64,000 nt of DNA. Source: Desulfovibrio sp. Lineage in GTDB: Bacteria; Desulfobacterota; Desulfovibrionia; Desulfovibrionales; Desulfovibrionaceae. The translations under genes were made by a program, and so were the position numbers. Of this stretch, positions 25,988 through 35,624 are shown piece by piece. The DNA lies in assembly GCA_030145055.1 (NCBI GenBank), contig JAQYWK010000004.1, positions 74,701 through 138,700 on the forward strand, read 5' to 3'. Position 1 is the first letter of the stretch. Every line of letters starts with the position of its first letter. The notes below the pieces were generated by a model. That model made no database searches. It saw only the letters and a list, made by a program, of their open reading frames with translations, and was not told the DNA's origin.

Positions 25988-27987
25988 AACGGTTTTCCAA
26001 TCTAAGTCTGAAAAATAAGATCTTTTTCTCGACTCTCGGCGTAATTCTTATGATTAGCGCCGTGATAGCTCTTTTGGCGCGCGGAATCCTTGTTGCTTCC
26101 CTTACATCGGAACTTGAGCTTCGCGGAGTGGCTATTGCTCATTCCATTGCAGAACGTGGTGGTGGGTATATTCTCGATAAAAAATATCCTGAACTGCTCA
26201 GCCTGGTTTTTGACGAAGCAACGCTTGGTGAGAGACAGCATCTAATTACGTATATTTTCGTTTTAAGTAAGGATGAAAAAGTTCTATGTCATACTTTTAC
26301 AACGCCATTTCCTGAGAATCTAGATAAGGTCAATTCTGTTGCCGAAGGTGGTTATAAGTCCGTTCGTCTCATAGATTTCGGTAAAAGTTCCGCTTATGAT
26401 ATTGCTGTACCTATCAGAGAAGGACTATACCGTATTGGAACTGTTCATGTGGGGCTTAGCAAGGTTCATATTGATAAACTTGTTTCAACACTCCGGACAA
26501 CTTTTCTCGGATTTATCTCCTTTGTTGTCGTCATCATCTTCTTAATAAGTCACAGACTTGCTAGGTATATTACAAGCCCTATCGCAAAACTCACCAAGGT
26601 TTCAGATGAACTTTCGCGGGGTAATTTTGATATAAGTCTTGATATGTTATCGAGCGACAGTGGTTGGGATGCTTCGGAATGTCCTGTTTATCACAATACA
26701 GATTTTCCGTGCTGGCATTTTGATCAGGCTCTGTTTAAAAGTGATCGTGACATAACTTCCCATCAGGATTCCCAGCAATGCCGAAACTGTCATTTTTATA
26801 TTAAACGTGCCGGTGATGAAGTTGTTCAGCTTGCTGATAGTTTTAGAAACATGGTTTGGTCTATTAAACTTTATCGGCGCAGACTTCGTGAATCTGAAGA
26901 AAAGTATAAGTCCATGTTTGATAGTGGCCCTGATCCTATTCTTGTTATCTCCTGTATGGATTTCAAGATACTTGATGTTAATCCGCGAGTTAGTGAGCTT
27001 TATGGCTATTCGCGAGAAGAGTTGATCGGAGCAGAATTTTTACTTTTAGGTCCTGAATCTAATGTCGAATGTATCAAGGCATTTGAGGAGTATGGTGGTC
27101 CTAGTGGCTGCATTTATTATCCTAAAATTCTTCATATTAAAAAGGGTGGAAGTGCGGTGTATGTTAATATGCACGCTTGCCCTATTACCTATAAAAGTAG
27201 CCCTTCGATGATTGTTGCCATTGCTGATATTACTGAAATTATTGAAAAAGATGCGCAGTTGGTGCAAGCAGCTAAAATGAAATCCTTAGGTGAGATGTCT
27301 GCGGGTGTCGCTCATGAGGTTAACCAGCCACTGAATGCGATTAAAATGGGAAGTGAATTTTTAGCTCTGATGGCGGAGCAAGGGCGTGATGTTCCGGCCC
27401 ATCAGCTCAGCGAAGTGGCAAATGAGGTCAGTACGCAGGTTGACCGTGCGGCTGAGATCATTAATGCGCTCAGAGCGTTCGGGCGTAAGGCTGATTTTAA
27501 AGTGGACAAAATTGACATAAATACTCCTCTTAGAAGTGTGCTTACTTTAGTAACACGCCAATTTGAATTGCAAAATATTATATTTGAAGTGGGCCTAACT
27601 GAAGGGTTGCCGCATATTGTTGCACAGGATAACAGGTTACAGCAGGTGTTCTTCAACTTGGTAAACAATGCTCGTGATGCTATCTCTGAGAAAAGAGAAA
27701 AAAGCGGCTTGGATACTGAAGAATATATTAAAATAAGTACTTATGGGAAAAACGGTGACGTTTGCGTCATGGTCTCAGACTCTGGAGTGGGCATTACCGA
27801 AGAGGTTCGCAATAAGATTTTTGAACCCTTCTTTAGTACCAAAGAAGTAGGATATGGCATGGGCTTGGGGCTAGCCATAACATATGGAATAGTAAGGGAC
27901 TACAAAGGTAGAATTGATATAGAAAGTGATGTCGGAAGCGGGGCAACTTTTATAATTTCTTTTCCTGTTGCCAGCAGCGATGCTTAG
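25984..27987 (+). CDS. Sensor histidine kinase (2 TM, HAMP, Cys-rich linker, PAS, HisKA, HATPase)
   Basis: H-box GVAHEVNQPLNAI, N-box FNLVNNARDA, G-boxes DSGVGI and GMGLGLAITYG. The ATG at 25984 overlaps the upstream stop (ATGA). Confidence 0.85.
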   Translation: MKRFSNLSLKNKIFFSTLGVILMISAVIALLARGILVASLTSELELRGVAIAHSIAERGGGYILDKKYPELLSLVFDEATLGERQHLITYIFVLSKDEKVLCHTFTTPFPENLDKVNSVAEGGYKSVRLIDFGKSSAYDIAVPIREGLYRIGTVHVGLSKVHIDKLVSTLRTTFLGFISFVVVIIFLISHRLARYITSPIAKLTKVSDELSRGNFDISLDMLSSDSGWDASECPVYHNTDFPCWHFDQALFKSDRDITSHQDSQQCRNCHFYIKRAGDEVVQLADSFRNMVWSIKLYRRRLRESEEKYKSMFDSGPDPILVISCMDFKILDVNPRVSELYGYSREELIGAEFLLLGPESNVECIKAFEEYGGPSGCIYYPKILHIKKGGSAVYVNMHACPITYKSSPSMIVAIADITEIIEKDAQLVQAAKMKSLGEMSAGVAHEVNQPLNAIKMGSEFLALMAEQGRDVPAHQLSEVANEVSTQVDRAAEIINALRAFGRKADFKVDKIDINTPLRSVLTLVTRQFELQNIIFEVGLTEGLPHIVAQDNRLQQVFFNLVNNARDAISEKREKSGLDTEEYIKISTYGKNGDVCVMVSDSGVGITEEVRNKIFEPFFSTKEVGYGMGLGLAITYGIVRDYKGRIDIESDVGSGATFIISFPVASSDA

Positions 27988-28021
27988 TGGTCTTTTATGT
28001 GGGTTTGAATAAGGGGGACAT

Positions 28022-28744
28022 GTGAGTAAAATTTTGGTGATAGATGATGAAAAAGCAACGCTCAGTATGTTTAAGATGCTGCTTTCCGTCTACGGTCATG
28101 ATGTTCTGACTGCTGAAAATGGTGAAGTTGGAATCGAGCTTTTTGCTTCTGAGAAGCCCGACTTAGTAATGACTGACATCAAAATGCCCGGAATGGATGG
28201 GTTGCAGGTTCTTGGGGAAATTAAAGCTATGTCGCCGGATGCGGAAGTTATTGTCATAACCGGACACGGAGATATGGAACTTGCGATCAAGGCTTTAAAT
28301 CTCGATGCAACAGACTTTCTGAACAAGCCTGTTAAACGTGAAGACCTCGAAAAAGCTTTACAGCTTTCAGCAGAACGAAAGGCATTTGTTAGCGATAAGC
28401 GTGATGAAGTGCAGGTTAATATCGAGGGCGATATTGCGGTTATTAACGTGATTGGTTCCCTTACTTCAAAATCTGATGTTTCTCTGAATCATGTTTTTGG
28501 CAAAGCTCTTAGTAGTGGATGTCGCGATTTACTTTTGGTTTTTCAAGAGAAGTCTTCGATTAACGGTGGCGGGATGGATACTTTGGTTGAGTCTATTAAA
28601 AAGGCTTGCGATCAAAAGTGTAAAGTTCATATTGCAGGCTTGTCGGATAATTTTCAGTCCGTATTCGAGTCTATGGGCATAAGTGCCATGGCTACGATGT
28701 CTGAGACTGAGGACGAAGCAAGAAGTAAAATGCAAGCTGCCTAG
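28022..28744 (+). CDS. Response regulator with a C-terminal STAS-like (anti-sigma-antagonist-type) domain
   Basis: Receiver (ILVIDDE, LVMTDIKMPGMDG). The C-terminal half (IAVINVIGSLTSKSDVSL...LLLVFQEKSSINGGGMDTL) has a SpoIIAA/STAS-like pattern. GTG start. Confidence 0.65.
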   Translation: MSKILVIDDEKATLSMFKMLLSVYGHDVLTAENGEVGIELFASEKPDLVMTDIKMPGMDGLQVLGEIKAMSPDAEVIVITGHGDMELAIKALNLDATDFLNKPVKREDLEKALQLSAERKAFVSDKRDEVQVNIEGDIAVINVIGSLTSKSDVSLNHVFGKALSSGCRDLLLVFQEKSSINGGGMDTLVESIKKACDQKCKVHIAGLSDNFQSVFESMGISAMATMSETEDEARSKMQAA

Positions 28745-28798
28745 GCAAGAAGTAATTCTCTAGATCTTTGGAATAATTGCAGATAGCAGACAAAAAAA

Positions 28799-28835
28799 GT
28801 CCCGCCCCGAGTAAATCGGAGCGGGACTTTTTTTT
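28799..28835. terminator. Bidirectional rho-independent terminator
   Basis: AGTCCCGC..GCGGGACT stem, with an A-run before it and TTTTTTT after it. It lies between convergent genes. Confidence 0.8.
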
Positions 28836-28860
28836 GAGTATCGGGATACGGAAGATCTGT

Positions 28861-29991
28861 TTACTCAGTCTTATTATAAGATCTGTAGGTCGTTTTGTTT
28901 CGTCTGAGCTGATATTTTCTAACCGCTCTATTGTGCTCTTCCAGATTTTTACTGAAATAATGTGCGCCGTTACCTTTTGCTACGAAGTAGAGGTAGCTGT
29001 GTTCTTCAGGATTGATTGCCGCTTTAATGGACTCTAGTCCCGGAGAGCAAATCGGCCCTGGAGGGAGGCCTCTATGTTGATATGAATTGTACGGATTCTC
29101 TTTATCTTTAATATGTTTCTTTCTGATATTGCCATCAAAGGTTTCGCCCAGACCATATATAATGGTGGGGTCTGCCTGCAAGAGGTAGCCACGCTTTAAA
29201 CGGTTGGCGAAAACTCCGGCAATTCTGCGCCGTTCGGTCGCGTCGCCAGTTTCTTTCTCTACCAGTGAAGCCAGAGTAATTGTGTCGTGAATTATTTTCG
29301 GTGAGGGCAGTTTGCCATTCCATGCGTTCAGTGCGGCTTTGCGGAATTCCTTTAGCATCGTTTCCACAAGCGTCTTGCCGGAATTTTCTTTCGGGCGAGT
29401 CAGCAAGTACGTTTCCGGGAATAGGTAACCCTCTGCATTCTTTGCAGGAATGGAGTATTTGGCGAGTAGTTCAGGGCTTGATGCCGCTTTTTTAAAGTCA
29501 GCGTAGGTAGTCAGCTTTGAGTTTTGCGCGGCTTCTGCAGTCTTCCACCACGAAAGACCTTCGCGGACGGAAAATTTATGCAAGATGCCGGAAGTCGTGG
29601 TCAGCGTTTCCAGAACTTGAGGCGCAGTCATATTGGTCCAGAGGTTAAATTCTCCGGCTCTGACTTTGTTCTCTTTCCCCTCCGCTTGTGCAAGCTTACG
29701 AAATCTTTTAGAATCAATGATCAAACCTTGAGCATCAAGATTTTCAGATATGGTCCACAGAGGTTGCCCTGGAGCAACAGTGAATAGGATCTCTTTGCCC
29801 TCTGTCTCTGGAGGAATATTAAGAAATTCCCATGATTGATATATGAACCATGAACCTACGATCATCATTGCCATGCAGATCAGAGCTAGGGCTGGAAGTA
29901 CGAAGCGAAGGACTATACCCTTGCTTGCCACGTTTCCAGAATTATTTTCGCGGCTTGGCTGTCCAGATTTTTCTTTCTTTTCTTGTTCCAA
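28861..29991 (-). CDS. mltG: Endolytic murein transglycosylase MltG (YceG family)
   Basis: N-terminal TM. LASLVEKET, QADPTIIYG, YNSYQHRGLPPGPICSPG and YLYFVAKGNGAHYFS are YceG hallmarks. Confidence 0.85.
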   Translation of the reverse strand: MEQEKKEKSGQPSRENNSGNVASKGIVLRFVLPALALICMAMMIVGSWFIYQSWEFLNIPPETEGKEILFTVAPGQPLWTISENLDAQGLIIDSKRFRKLAQAEGKENKVRAGEFNLWTNMTAPQVLETLTTTSGILHKFSVREGLSWWKTAEAAQNSKLTTYADFKKAASSPELLAKYSIPAKNAEGYLFPETYLLTRPKENSGKTLVETMLKEFRKAALNAWNGKLPSPKIIHDTITLASLVEKETGDATERRRIAGVFANRLKRGYLLQADPTIIYGLGETFDGNIRKKHIKDKENPYNSYQHRGLPPGPICSPGLESIKAAINPEEHSYLYFVAKGNGAHYFSKNLEEHNRAVRKYQLRRNKTTYRSYNKTE

Positions 29992-30320
29992 AGTCCTGCC
30001 TCCTTAAGCTCATATTCAGCTGCAACAGAGCTTAATCTTTCATCAACGAGATGTATGGGAAGATCAGTGCGCCTGCCCATTGAGGCCGCAAAGTTGCGGA
30101 CCTGACGGGTGGTTAATGTATCTTCTCCGCTAAGAGAAAGAGGAAGGCCGATGACTATTTCACCGACCTTCTCCGTCTCAATTATTTCCAGTAGTTCGGC
30201 AAACATTGCGTCGCGGGTCGTTTTGATCATGACTTTAAAGGGGTATGCAAGAATCCCTTCGGCGTCAGTCATTGCGATGCCTATACGCTTTGTTCCGAAA
30301 TCTATTCCTATAGTTTTCAT
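29913..30320 (-). CDS. ruvX: Holliday-junction-resolvase-like / pre-16S rRNA nuclease RuvX (YqgF)
   Basis: IGIDFGTKRIGIA, 135 aa, conserved pairing with mltG. Confidence 0.85.
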   Translation of the reverse strand: MKTIGIDFGTKRIGIAMTDAEGILAYPFKVMIKTTRDAMFAELLEIIETEKVGEIVIGLPLSLSGEDTLTTRQVRNFAASMGRRTDLPIHLVDERLSSVAAEYELKEAGLWNKKRKKNLDSQAAKIILETWQARV

Positions 30321-33300
30321 GAGTTTAAAAAGACTATTCCGTCTTGACGCTTTGCACTTTCAAGCATCTTTTTAAACTCTTTTCGCCACTTAGGTCCACC
30401 CATCAATTCTGCCACATATTCAACTGTGTGCAGAACTCTGTTTTGCTTTTTAAGTGCAGCCATGTTGCGTTTAATGCCAACCTTACAGGAAGGGCAGGCA
30501 ACCAGCACCGGAGTGCTCTTATCCTGACCATGCAGATCTTGACTGAGTTGTCCGGCTTTGCGATCGCGCAGTTTGTTATAAATAGCAGGGCTTGATATTG
30601 CGCCAAGGCCGGATTCTCCACAACAACCAGGAGAAAGAGTTACTTTGCTTCCAAGGATACTTTCGAGGGCTTGTGTGTAGATAGCCGGAGCTTTAGACTT
30701 TGGAATATCTGTCCACTCAGTATGACATGAAGCATGATAAACAACTTCTTCACTGGCAGGCAACCCGTGGAAATCGAGGTTGCCCGGGTTGCTTAGAAGA
30801 TATTGAACAGCATCATACCGTTTGAGCTTTTTACCCACTTGCTGAGTGAAATCGTAAGATTCAATGGATTCGCGGCATGTTCCACAAGCAGTTATGATTG
30901 TGGAGATATTTATACCAGCTATATGAGCCTTTGCTATTTTATACTGGATATCACTGATGTTGCGGTGACGGTTAGTATTATAAGCTTCGACACAACCACT
31001 GGAAAGTAGCGGGTATCCACAACATAAATGTTTAGCGGGCATAACCACGTTAACACCTGATTTAAGCAGCAGGTAAAGCGTTGCCATTCCGATTGATCTC
31101 GAGAATAGACTTGCGCCACATCCAGGGAAGTAGAAAACGCTGTCTGCCGCAGACGTACTGTTCATGAACATGGAACCTGTTTCGAGAGATAAATCTTCCG
31201 TCAGGTTCTTGAAGTCCATGGCAGGAGTCTTGCTGTGCAGCACAGGGGATTCCATGCGACGACGCCAATGGCCCGGAACAAGTCCGAGAGCTTTACTTTG
31301 CAGCGAAGCTGACAGGGACAAGAATTTAGCAACCTTAGGTAGCCTACTCTGCGGATCTTTTGAAATGAAGCCAAGGGCTGCATTTTTAATCGGGTGTCCG
31401 CTGTTTCCTTTATATTCAAGGAAACTTCTGATTTGCAGGGCGGCTCCGGCTGAGTCAATTTTTACAGGGCATACTGAGGTACAACGTCCGCAAGCGGTGC
31501 AGTGTTCCATCAATTTTCTGAGTCTTCTCATGAGATCAGGGGATGGCTCACCGCGCTGTACTTGTGAATAATATATGGCCTCGATGAGTGCACCGAGGGA
31601 TATGTTTTTATTTCGTGGATGATGCATCAGCCCTTGTTCAGGATAATACATCGGACAAACCTGCTTACATTTACCACAACGTGTACAGGTTTGAATGTTG
31701 CGAAGCAGTTCAATCAGGTGCTCTTTATCTTTGATAGCAGTTTTATCTAGATCATTGATAAGTCTGTTGAATGAGAAAGTGTAAGCCGCGGAAGGGAGTT
31801 CTCTGCGGGTTAGTTTACCCGGATTGAGAATATTGAGCGGATCTACTTTTTCTTTGTATTCCCTTATCGCAGTAATTTTCGCTTCAGAAAGGTATTCTAT
31901 TTTAGTGATACCTATTCCGTGTTCGCCGGAAACTTCACCCTTAAGCTCAAGAACTTTTTTGAAAACATCATCTACTGCTTCATGTGCACTGTGGAGCATC
32001 TCCGGATCATTGGAGTTGACCGGAATGTTCACGTGGCAATTACCGTCTCCGGCATGCATGTGGTTCGCAATGATGATGCGTTGTTCTTTAAGCTTTTCGA
32101 AAAGCTTGTGGATTTTTGAGTCCAGCTTAGGGAATTCTTCGCGCAATTCTTGAAATAAGTAGTGGACCTGACTTTCAAGCTCTTGATCACTCATATCCGC
32201 TCCGGCAATTTTGCCTTTGAGGATATCGGTGGTTCTTTCAAGAGCAAGTTCAACTTTAGGTTCTTCAATCGGGAAGCCGTGAAGTTCCTTAACGGACAAT
32301 AGGGAACGGCGATAAATCTTGGCCAGATAGATGAGGTTCAGATCTTCCAAGAAGTCGGAAAAGTCTGGAATAACTTCGATCGGGATTACTATATCTTCGT
32401 TAACCTTGAAACCGGAAGTACGTTTTGCAATGGCAGACAGCTTGTGTCTGTCTTCCCAGAAAAGCTCAGCTTCTTTTTCATCGCGTGCTGCGAAGATATC
32501 AACTGAATCATATGGCTGAACGAGTGCTAGAATATTGTCCACCGCATTTTGCAGTGCGTCGGCATCGTCAGAATCAAGCTGCATTATAAGGACGGAAATA
32601 GGATCGCCTTCGTAACTTTCAGATTTTTTTTCGTACTTAATAGCTTGCACATATTTGGGTCCGAATTCTTCTAGGGCAGAAATCTTAACGAGATCGCCTT
32701 CATCACGGATTGTATCTCTCAGTCCTACGATGTCCTTAATGACAAACATTGCGTTGCGCATGGAACGTCCGAAAAACTCAAGGCAGAGTACACGCGAAAG
32801 CGCCGGCTTTGGATAAAGAGTGAAGCATGCTTCGGTGATAATACCGTCAACTCCTTCTTTTTGAACTCCGGGTAATCCACCGAGGAATTTATTTGAAACG
32901 TCTTTACCAAGTCCTGGGCTGCGTATTTCAGCAGCGGTGAGGACCAGCGTTTCAATCAGTTTTCCTTTGCTATCAAAAACTTCGAAAGTTGCTGATTCGT
33001 CAGTAAAAATCTTGTGGCGTGGATGATCCTTACGGCAGACTTCAATGATGTCTCCCTTAGGCATAACCATTTTGTAACTCTGAATATTATCAATGGTACA
33101 ACCGTACTCAAAGGCAAAAGGTCCACCTGAGTTTTCGGAAACATTACCACCGATAGAAGATGCTGATTTTGACGCAGGGTCAACCGTGAACAGGGTGTTC
33201 TTTTTGGCCGCTGCATTGATTGCATCAAGAGTGATTACACCTGCTTGGGCACACATGGTCATGGACTCAGTATCTACGCTCAAAATCTTTTTGAATTTTG

Positions 33301-33868
33301 AAAGCGAAAGAATAGCTGTGCGCTCAAGAGCCGGAATAGCTCCACCGGTGAGTCCGGTTCCTCCGCCTCGCGGAATGATACCGAACTGCATGTCGTTTGC
33401 TAAACGAACTATTGATTGAACCTGCGCGGTATCTTCAGGGAACAAGATAGCAATGGGAAGCTCAATTCTTAAGTCTGTTGCATCTGTTGCAGAGTGCACC
33501 AGTTTGCCTGGCTCAATGCTGATACCTGACTCAGGAAGAATTTCTTTGAGCCTTTCAATAAGGCGCTTTCTGAACTCGATGTCCGCATCATGTTTGAGCC
33601 AGAAGTTTTCCACCGCGTGAGTCAGCCTCTGAGGATATTCTCCTGAAAGAGTGGGACGCGCGAGGGTCAGGTTTCTGGAAACAGACTTGCGAACCAGTTC
33701 TGGGTCGATGAACGGGTTGTAGCGAACTAGAAAAAGTTCCGCGGCGATGCTTTCGGCAAGGGTGCGGACGTTTTCAGGCCAGCCTTTAAAGTCAAATGGA
33801 TTTAAGCCGAGTACTCTTGAGAGAAGAGCTTCGGAAGCAATGGAAATATGTGGTCCTAATTGAGGCAT
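30317..33868 (-). CDS. Fused FAD-binding oxidase (GlcD-like), 2x[4Fe-4S] ferredoxin and CCG-domain (GlcF/HdrD-like) oxidoreductase, 1183 aa
   Basis: FAD-binding PCMH region (IIPRGGGTGLTGGAIP), ferredoxin motifs CTRCGKCKQVCP and CTACGRCTSVCP, and C-terminal CCG motifs (CCGYP, CCGESG). Confidence 0.85.
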   Translation of the reverse strand: MPQLGPHISIASEALLSRVLGLNPFDFKGWPENVRTLAESIAAELFLVRYNPFIDPELVRKSVSRNLTLARPTLSGEYPQRLTHAVENFWLKHDADIEFRKRLIERLKEILPESGISIEPGKLVHSATDATDLRIELPIAILFPEDTAQVQSIVRLANDMQFGIIPRGGGTGLTGGAIPALERTAILSLSKFKKILSVDTESMTMCAQAGVITLDAINAAAKKNTLFTVDPASKSASSIGGNVSENSGGPFAFEYGCTIDNIQSYKMVMPKGDIIEVCRKDHPRHKIFTDESATFEVFDSKGKLIETLVLTAAEIRSPGLGKDVSNKFLGGLPGVQKEGVDGIITEACFTLYPKPALSRVLCLEFFGRSMRNAMFVIKDIVGLRDTIRDEGDLVKISALEEFGPKYVQAIKYEKKSESYEGDPISVLIMQLDSDDADALQNAVDNILALVQPYDSVDIFAARDEKEAELFWEDRHKLSAIAKRTSGFKVNEDIVIPIEVIPDFSDFLEDLNLIYLAKIYRRSLLSVKELHGFPIEEPKVELALERTTDILKGKIAGADMSDQELESQVHYLFQELREEFPKLDSKIHKLFEKLKEQRIIIANHMHAGDGNCHVNIPVNSNDPEMLHSAHEAVDDVFKKVLELKGEVSGEHGIGITKIEYLSEAKITAIREYKEKVDPLNILNPGKLTRRELPSAAYTFSFNRLINDLDKTAIKDKEHLIELLRNIQTCTRCGKCKQVCPMYYPEQGLMHHPRNKNISLGALIEAIYYSQVQRGEPSPDLMRRLRKLMEHCTACGRCTSVCPVKIDSAGAALQIRSFLEYKGNSGHPIKNAALGFISKDPQSRLPKVAKFLSLSASLQSKALGLVPGHWRRRMESPVLHSKTPAMDFKNLTEDLSLETGSMFMNSTSAADSVFYFPGCGASLFSRSIGMATLYLLLKSGVNVVMPAKHLCCGYPLLSSGCVEAYNTNRHRNISDIQYKIAKAHIAGINISTIITACGTCRESIESYDFTQQVGKKLKRYDAVQYLLSNPGNLDFHGLPASEEVVYHASCHTEWTDIPKSKAPAIYTQALESILGSKVTLSPGCCGESGLGAISSPAIYNKLRDRKAGQLSQDLHGQDKSTPVLVACPSCKVGIKRNMAALKKQNRVLHTVEYVAELMGGPKWRKEFKKMLESAKRQDGIVFLNS

Positions 33869-34057
33869 AATATCTTACCGTGAATTTATGTTGTAGTCTA
33901 AGGGCAGAGCTGCCCGAGAAGAAGAAAGAAGGAAATATAGGGGGCGTCTTGATGAAATGCAAGTATGTATTTCGAGCCTAAGTTATTTTTCCTAGCCAAT
34001 CGCTCCATTAATAATAGGCAGAATTAAGCATTTGTAAAGACGCATCCTCCTAAAAGC

Positions 34058-34087
34058 TTGACATATAGGGCCGTTTTAAAAGAATAT
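34058..34087 (+). promoter_or_regulatory. Candidate sigma-70 promoter for the class V aminotransferase gene
   Basis: A consensus TTGACA is followed 17-18 nt later by AGAATA/GAATAT, about 70 nt upstream of the ATG. Visual match only. Confidence 0.25.
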
Positions 34088-34157
34088 TCCTTTCTAATAA
34101 TTTGCACTTACTAAGATAATAATATTTTTAAAATATAGTTAAGATGAGGAAATAAAA

Positions 34158-35297
34158 ATGATTGGAGATGATTTTGCAGAATTAAAACTGTTTATTACTG
34201 GTCCAATAATGCTCCGTCCCGAAGTACGGCAGGCAGGGCTTTTGCCTGAGTTTGGGCACCGAGATAGTGAAAATCTTAAGCGTTTTGAATCTATAATGCG
34301 CAATTTAATGATAATTGGCGGTAATCCGGAAGGATATATTCCAGTGATTTTTAACGGATCTGGGACCAATGTACTCGAAGCATCTGTTAGATCGCTTGTT
34401 TCTGATACTGATAAAGTTCTAAATGTTTCCGTCGGAGCTTTCGGAGATCTTTATGGCAAGTTATCATCTAGTAATGGAAAAAATGTTGAACTGCTAAAAT
34501 TCCCATATGGGTCTGCTATAGACATGAATGTCTTGGAAGATGTCCTAACTCAGCATAAGCCTGATGTTGTGACCTTTACTCATAATGAGACTTCCACTGG
34601 TGTAATTAATGATGTGGTCGCTATATGTAAGCTTATACGTGCTCACGGGGCATTACCTGTTGTAGACGGGGTTAGCCTTTTCGGCGGAGCTCCTTCCACA
34701 ATAAGTGAAGCTCGTCCTTTAATGTATTGTACCTCAACTCAAAAATCTCTCGGATTACCAGCCGGATACGGTATCGGATTTGTCAGTGATGAGGCTCTTG
34801 CGAAAGCTGAAAAAGTACAAAATAGAGGTTATACCACTGACATTTTGGCTCAGGTTAGCAAGGCGAGGTTGAATCAAACTTTGACCACTCCGAATGGAAC
34901 TTTAGGTAATCAGATGTGCGTTCAGCTTGACTATATTGTGAATAGCGAGACTGTAGATGGGCGTTTTAAGCGTCACGAAGAGATGCGTTCCATCGCACAT
35001 GCATGGGTCGAAACAATGGATGATTATGAACTATTTGCGCAGGAAGGGTACCGTTCACCAACGCTGACCACTGTAAAAACTCCGGATCATATGACCATTG
35101 ACCGTTTAAAAGAGGTGAAAGAAATCATGCGTGGTCATGGTTATCTTTTTGATCCCGGTTATGGAAAAATTAATAAAGAATTACAGGAGCAAGGCTCTTC
35201 GCCAATATTCCGAGTAGGGCATATGGCAGATATCATGCCGGATATGCTTAGGGATTACTTGAAAACTCTTGGTGAAGTCCTTGGTGGGTTTAAATAG
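34158..35297 (+). CDS. Class V pyridoxal-phosphate aminotransferase (serine-pyruvate / alanine-glyoxylate / SerC-like)
   Basis: NETSTGV, VDGVSLFGG, and STQKSLG (PLP lysine context). Confidence 0.8.
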   Translation: MIGDDFAELKLFITGPIMLRPEVRQAGLLPEFGHRDSENLKRFESIMRNLMIIGGNPEGYIPVIFNGSGTNVLEASVRSLVSDTDKVLNVSVGAFGDLYGKLSSSNGKNVELLKFPYGSAIDMNVLEDVLTQHKPDVVTFTHNETSTGVINDVVAICKLIRAHGALPVVDGVSLFGGAPSTISEARPLMYCTSTQKSLGLPAGYGIGFVSDEALAKAEKVQNRGYTTDILAQVSKARLNQTLTTPNGTLGNQMCVQLDYIVNSETVDGRFKRHEEMRSIAHAWVETMDDYELFAQEGYRSPTLTTVKTPDHMTIDRLKEVKEIMRGHGYLFDPGYGKINKELQEQGSSPIFRVGHMADIMPDMLRDYLKTLGEVLGGFK

Positions 35298-35331
35298 TCG
35301 AACTGGTTTGTTTTAAGGTTATATATTTTAA

Positions 35332-35370
35332 GGGTTGAATTTGTTGTCAAACAGATTCAACCCTTTTTTT
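35332..35370 (+). terminator. Rho-independent terminator after the aminotransferase gene
   Basis: GGGTTGAAT..ATTCAACCC stem followed by TTTTTTT. Confidence 0.8.
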
Positions 35371-35624
35371 GTTTTGATGCTTGTTCACAATGGCACAAAG
35401 CTTTTTTGAAGATCCCCAGAAATGTGTCGTTTGACAGCTTTATGTTCTTGTGAAGCTCGTTTTTCGAATAAAAAAGCATGTTATGTGAAAAAAGTCTCAT
35501 AGTCCGCTAGGCGTTGGTCTTGTTGGTAAAAGTACTTCGGAGTAGGCCTGTCGGGCATGGGCTTGAGGTAGAAATGTGGTATAGACGTATTGACATGGGC
35601 TTGGATGCAGAATAACTGTATTTT

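Noticed and set aside
29913-29991. 79-nt overlap between the ruvX 3' end and the mltG 5' end.
   Set aside because: This is probably only start-codon ambiguity in mltG. An in-frame GTG at about 29931 would cut the overlap to about 19 nt while keeping the TM helix. It is not evidence of anything unusual.
33904-33918. GGGCAG-AG-CTGCCC inverted repeat upstream of the FAD/Fe-S oxidoreductase gene.
   Set aside because: A 6-bp stem with a 2-nt loop cannot form a stable hairpin, and as a protein site it is too short to distinguish from chance.
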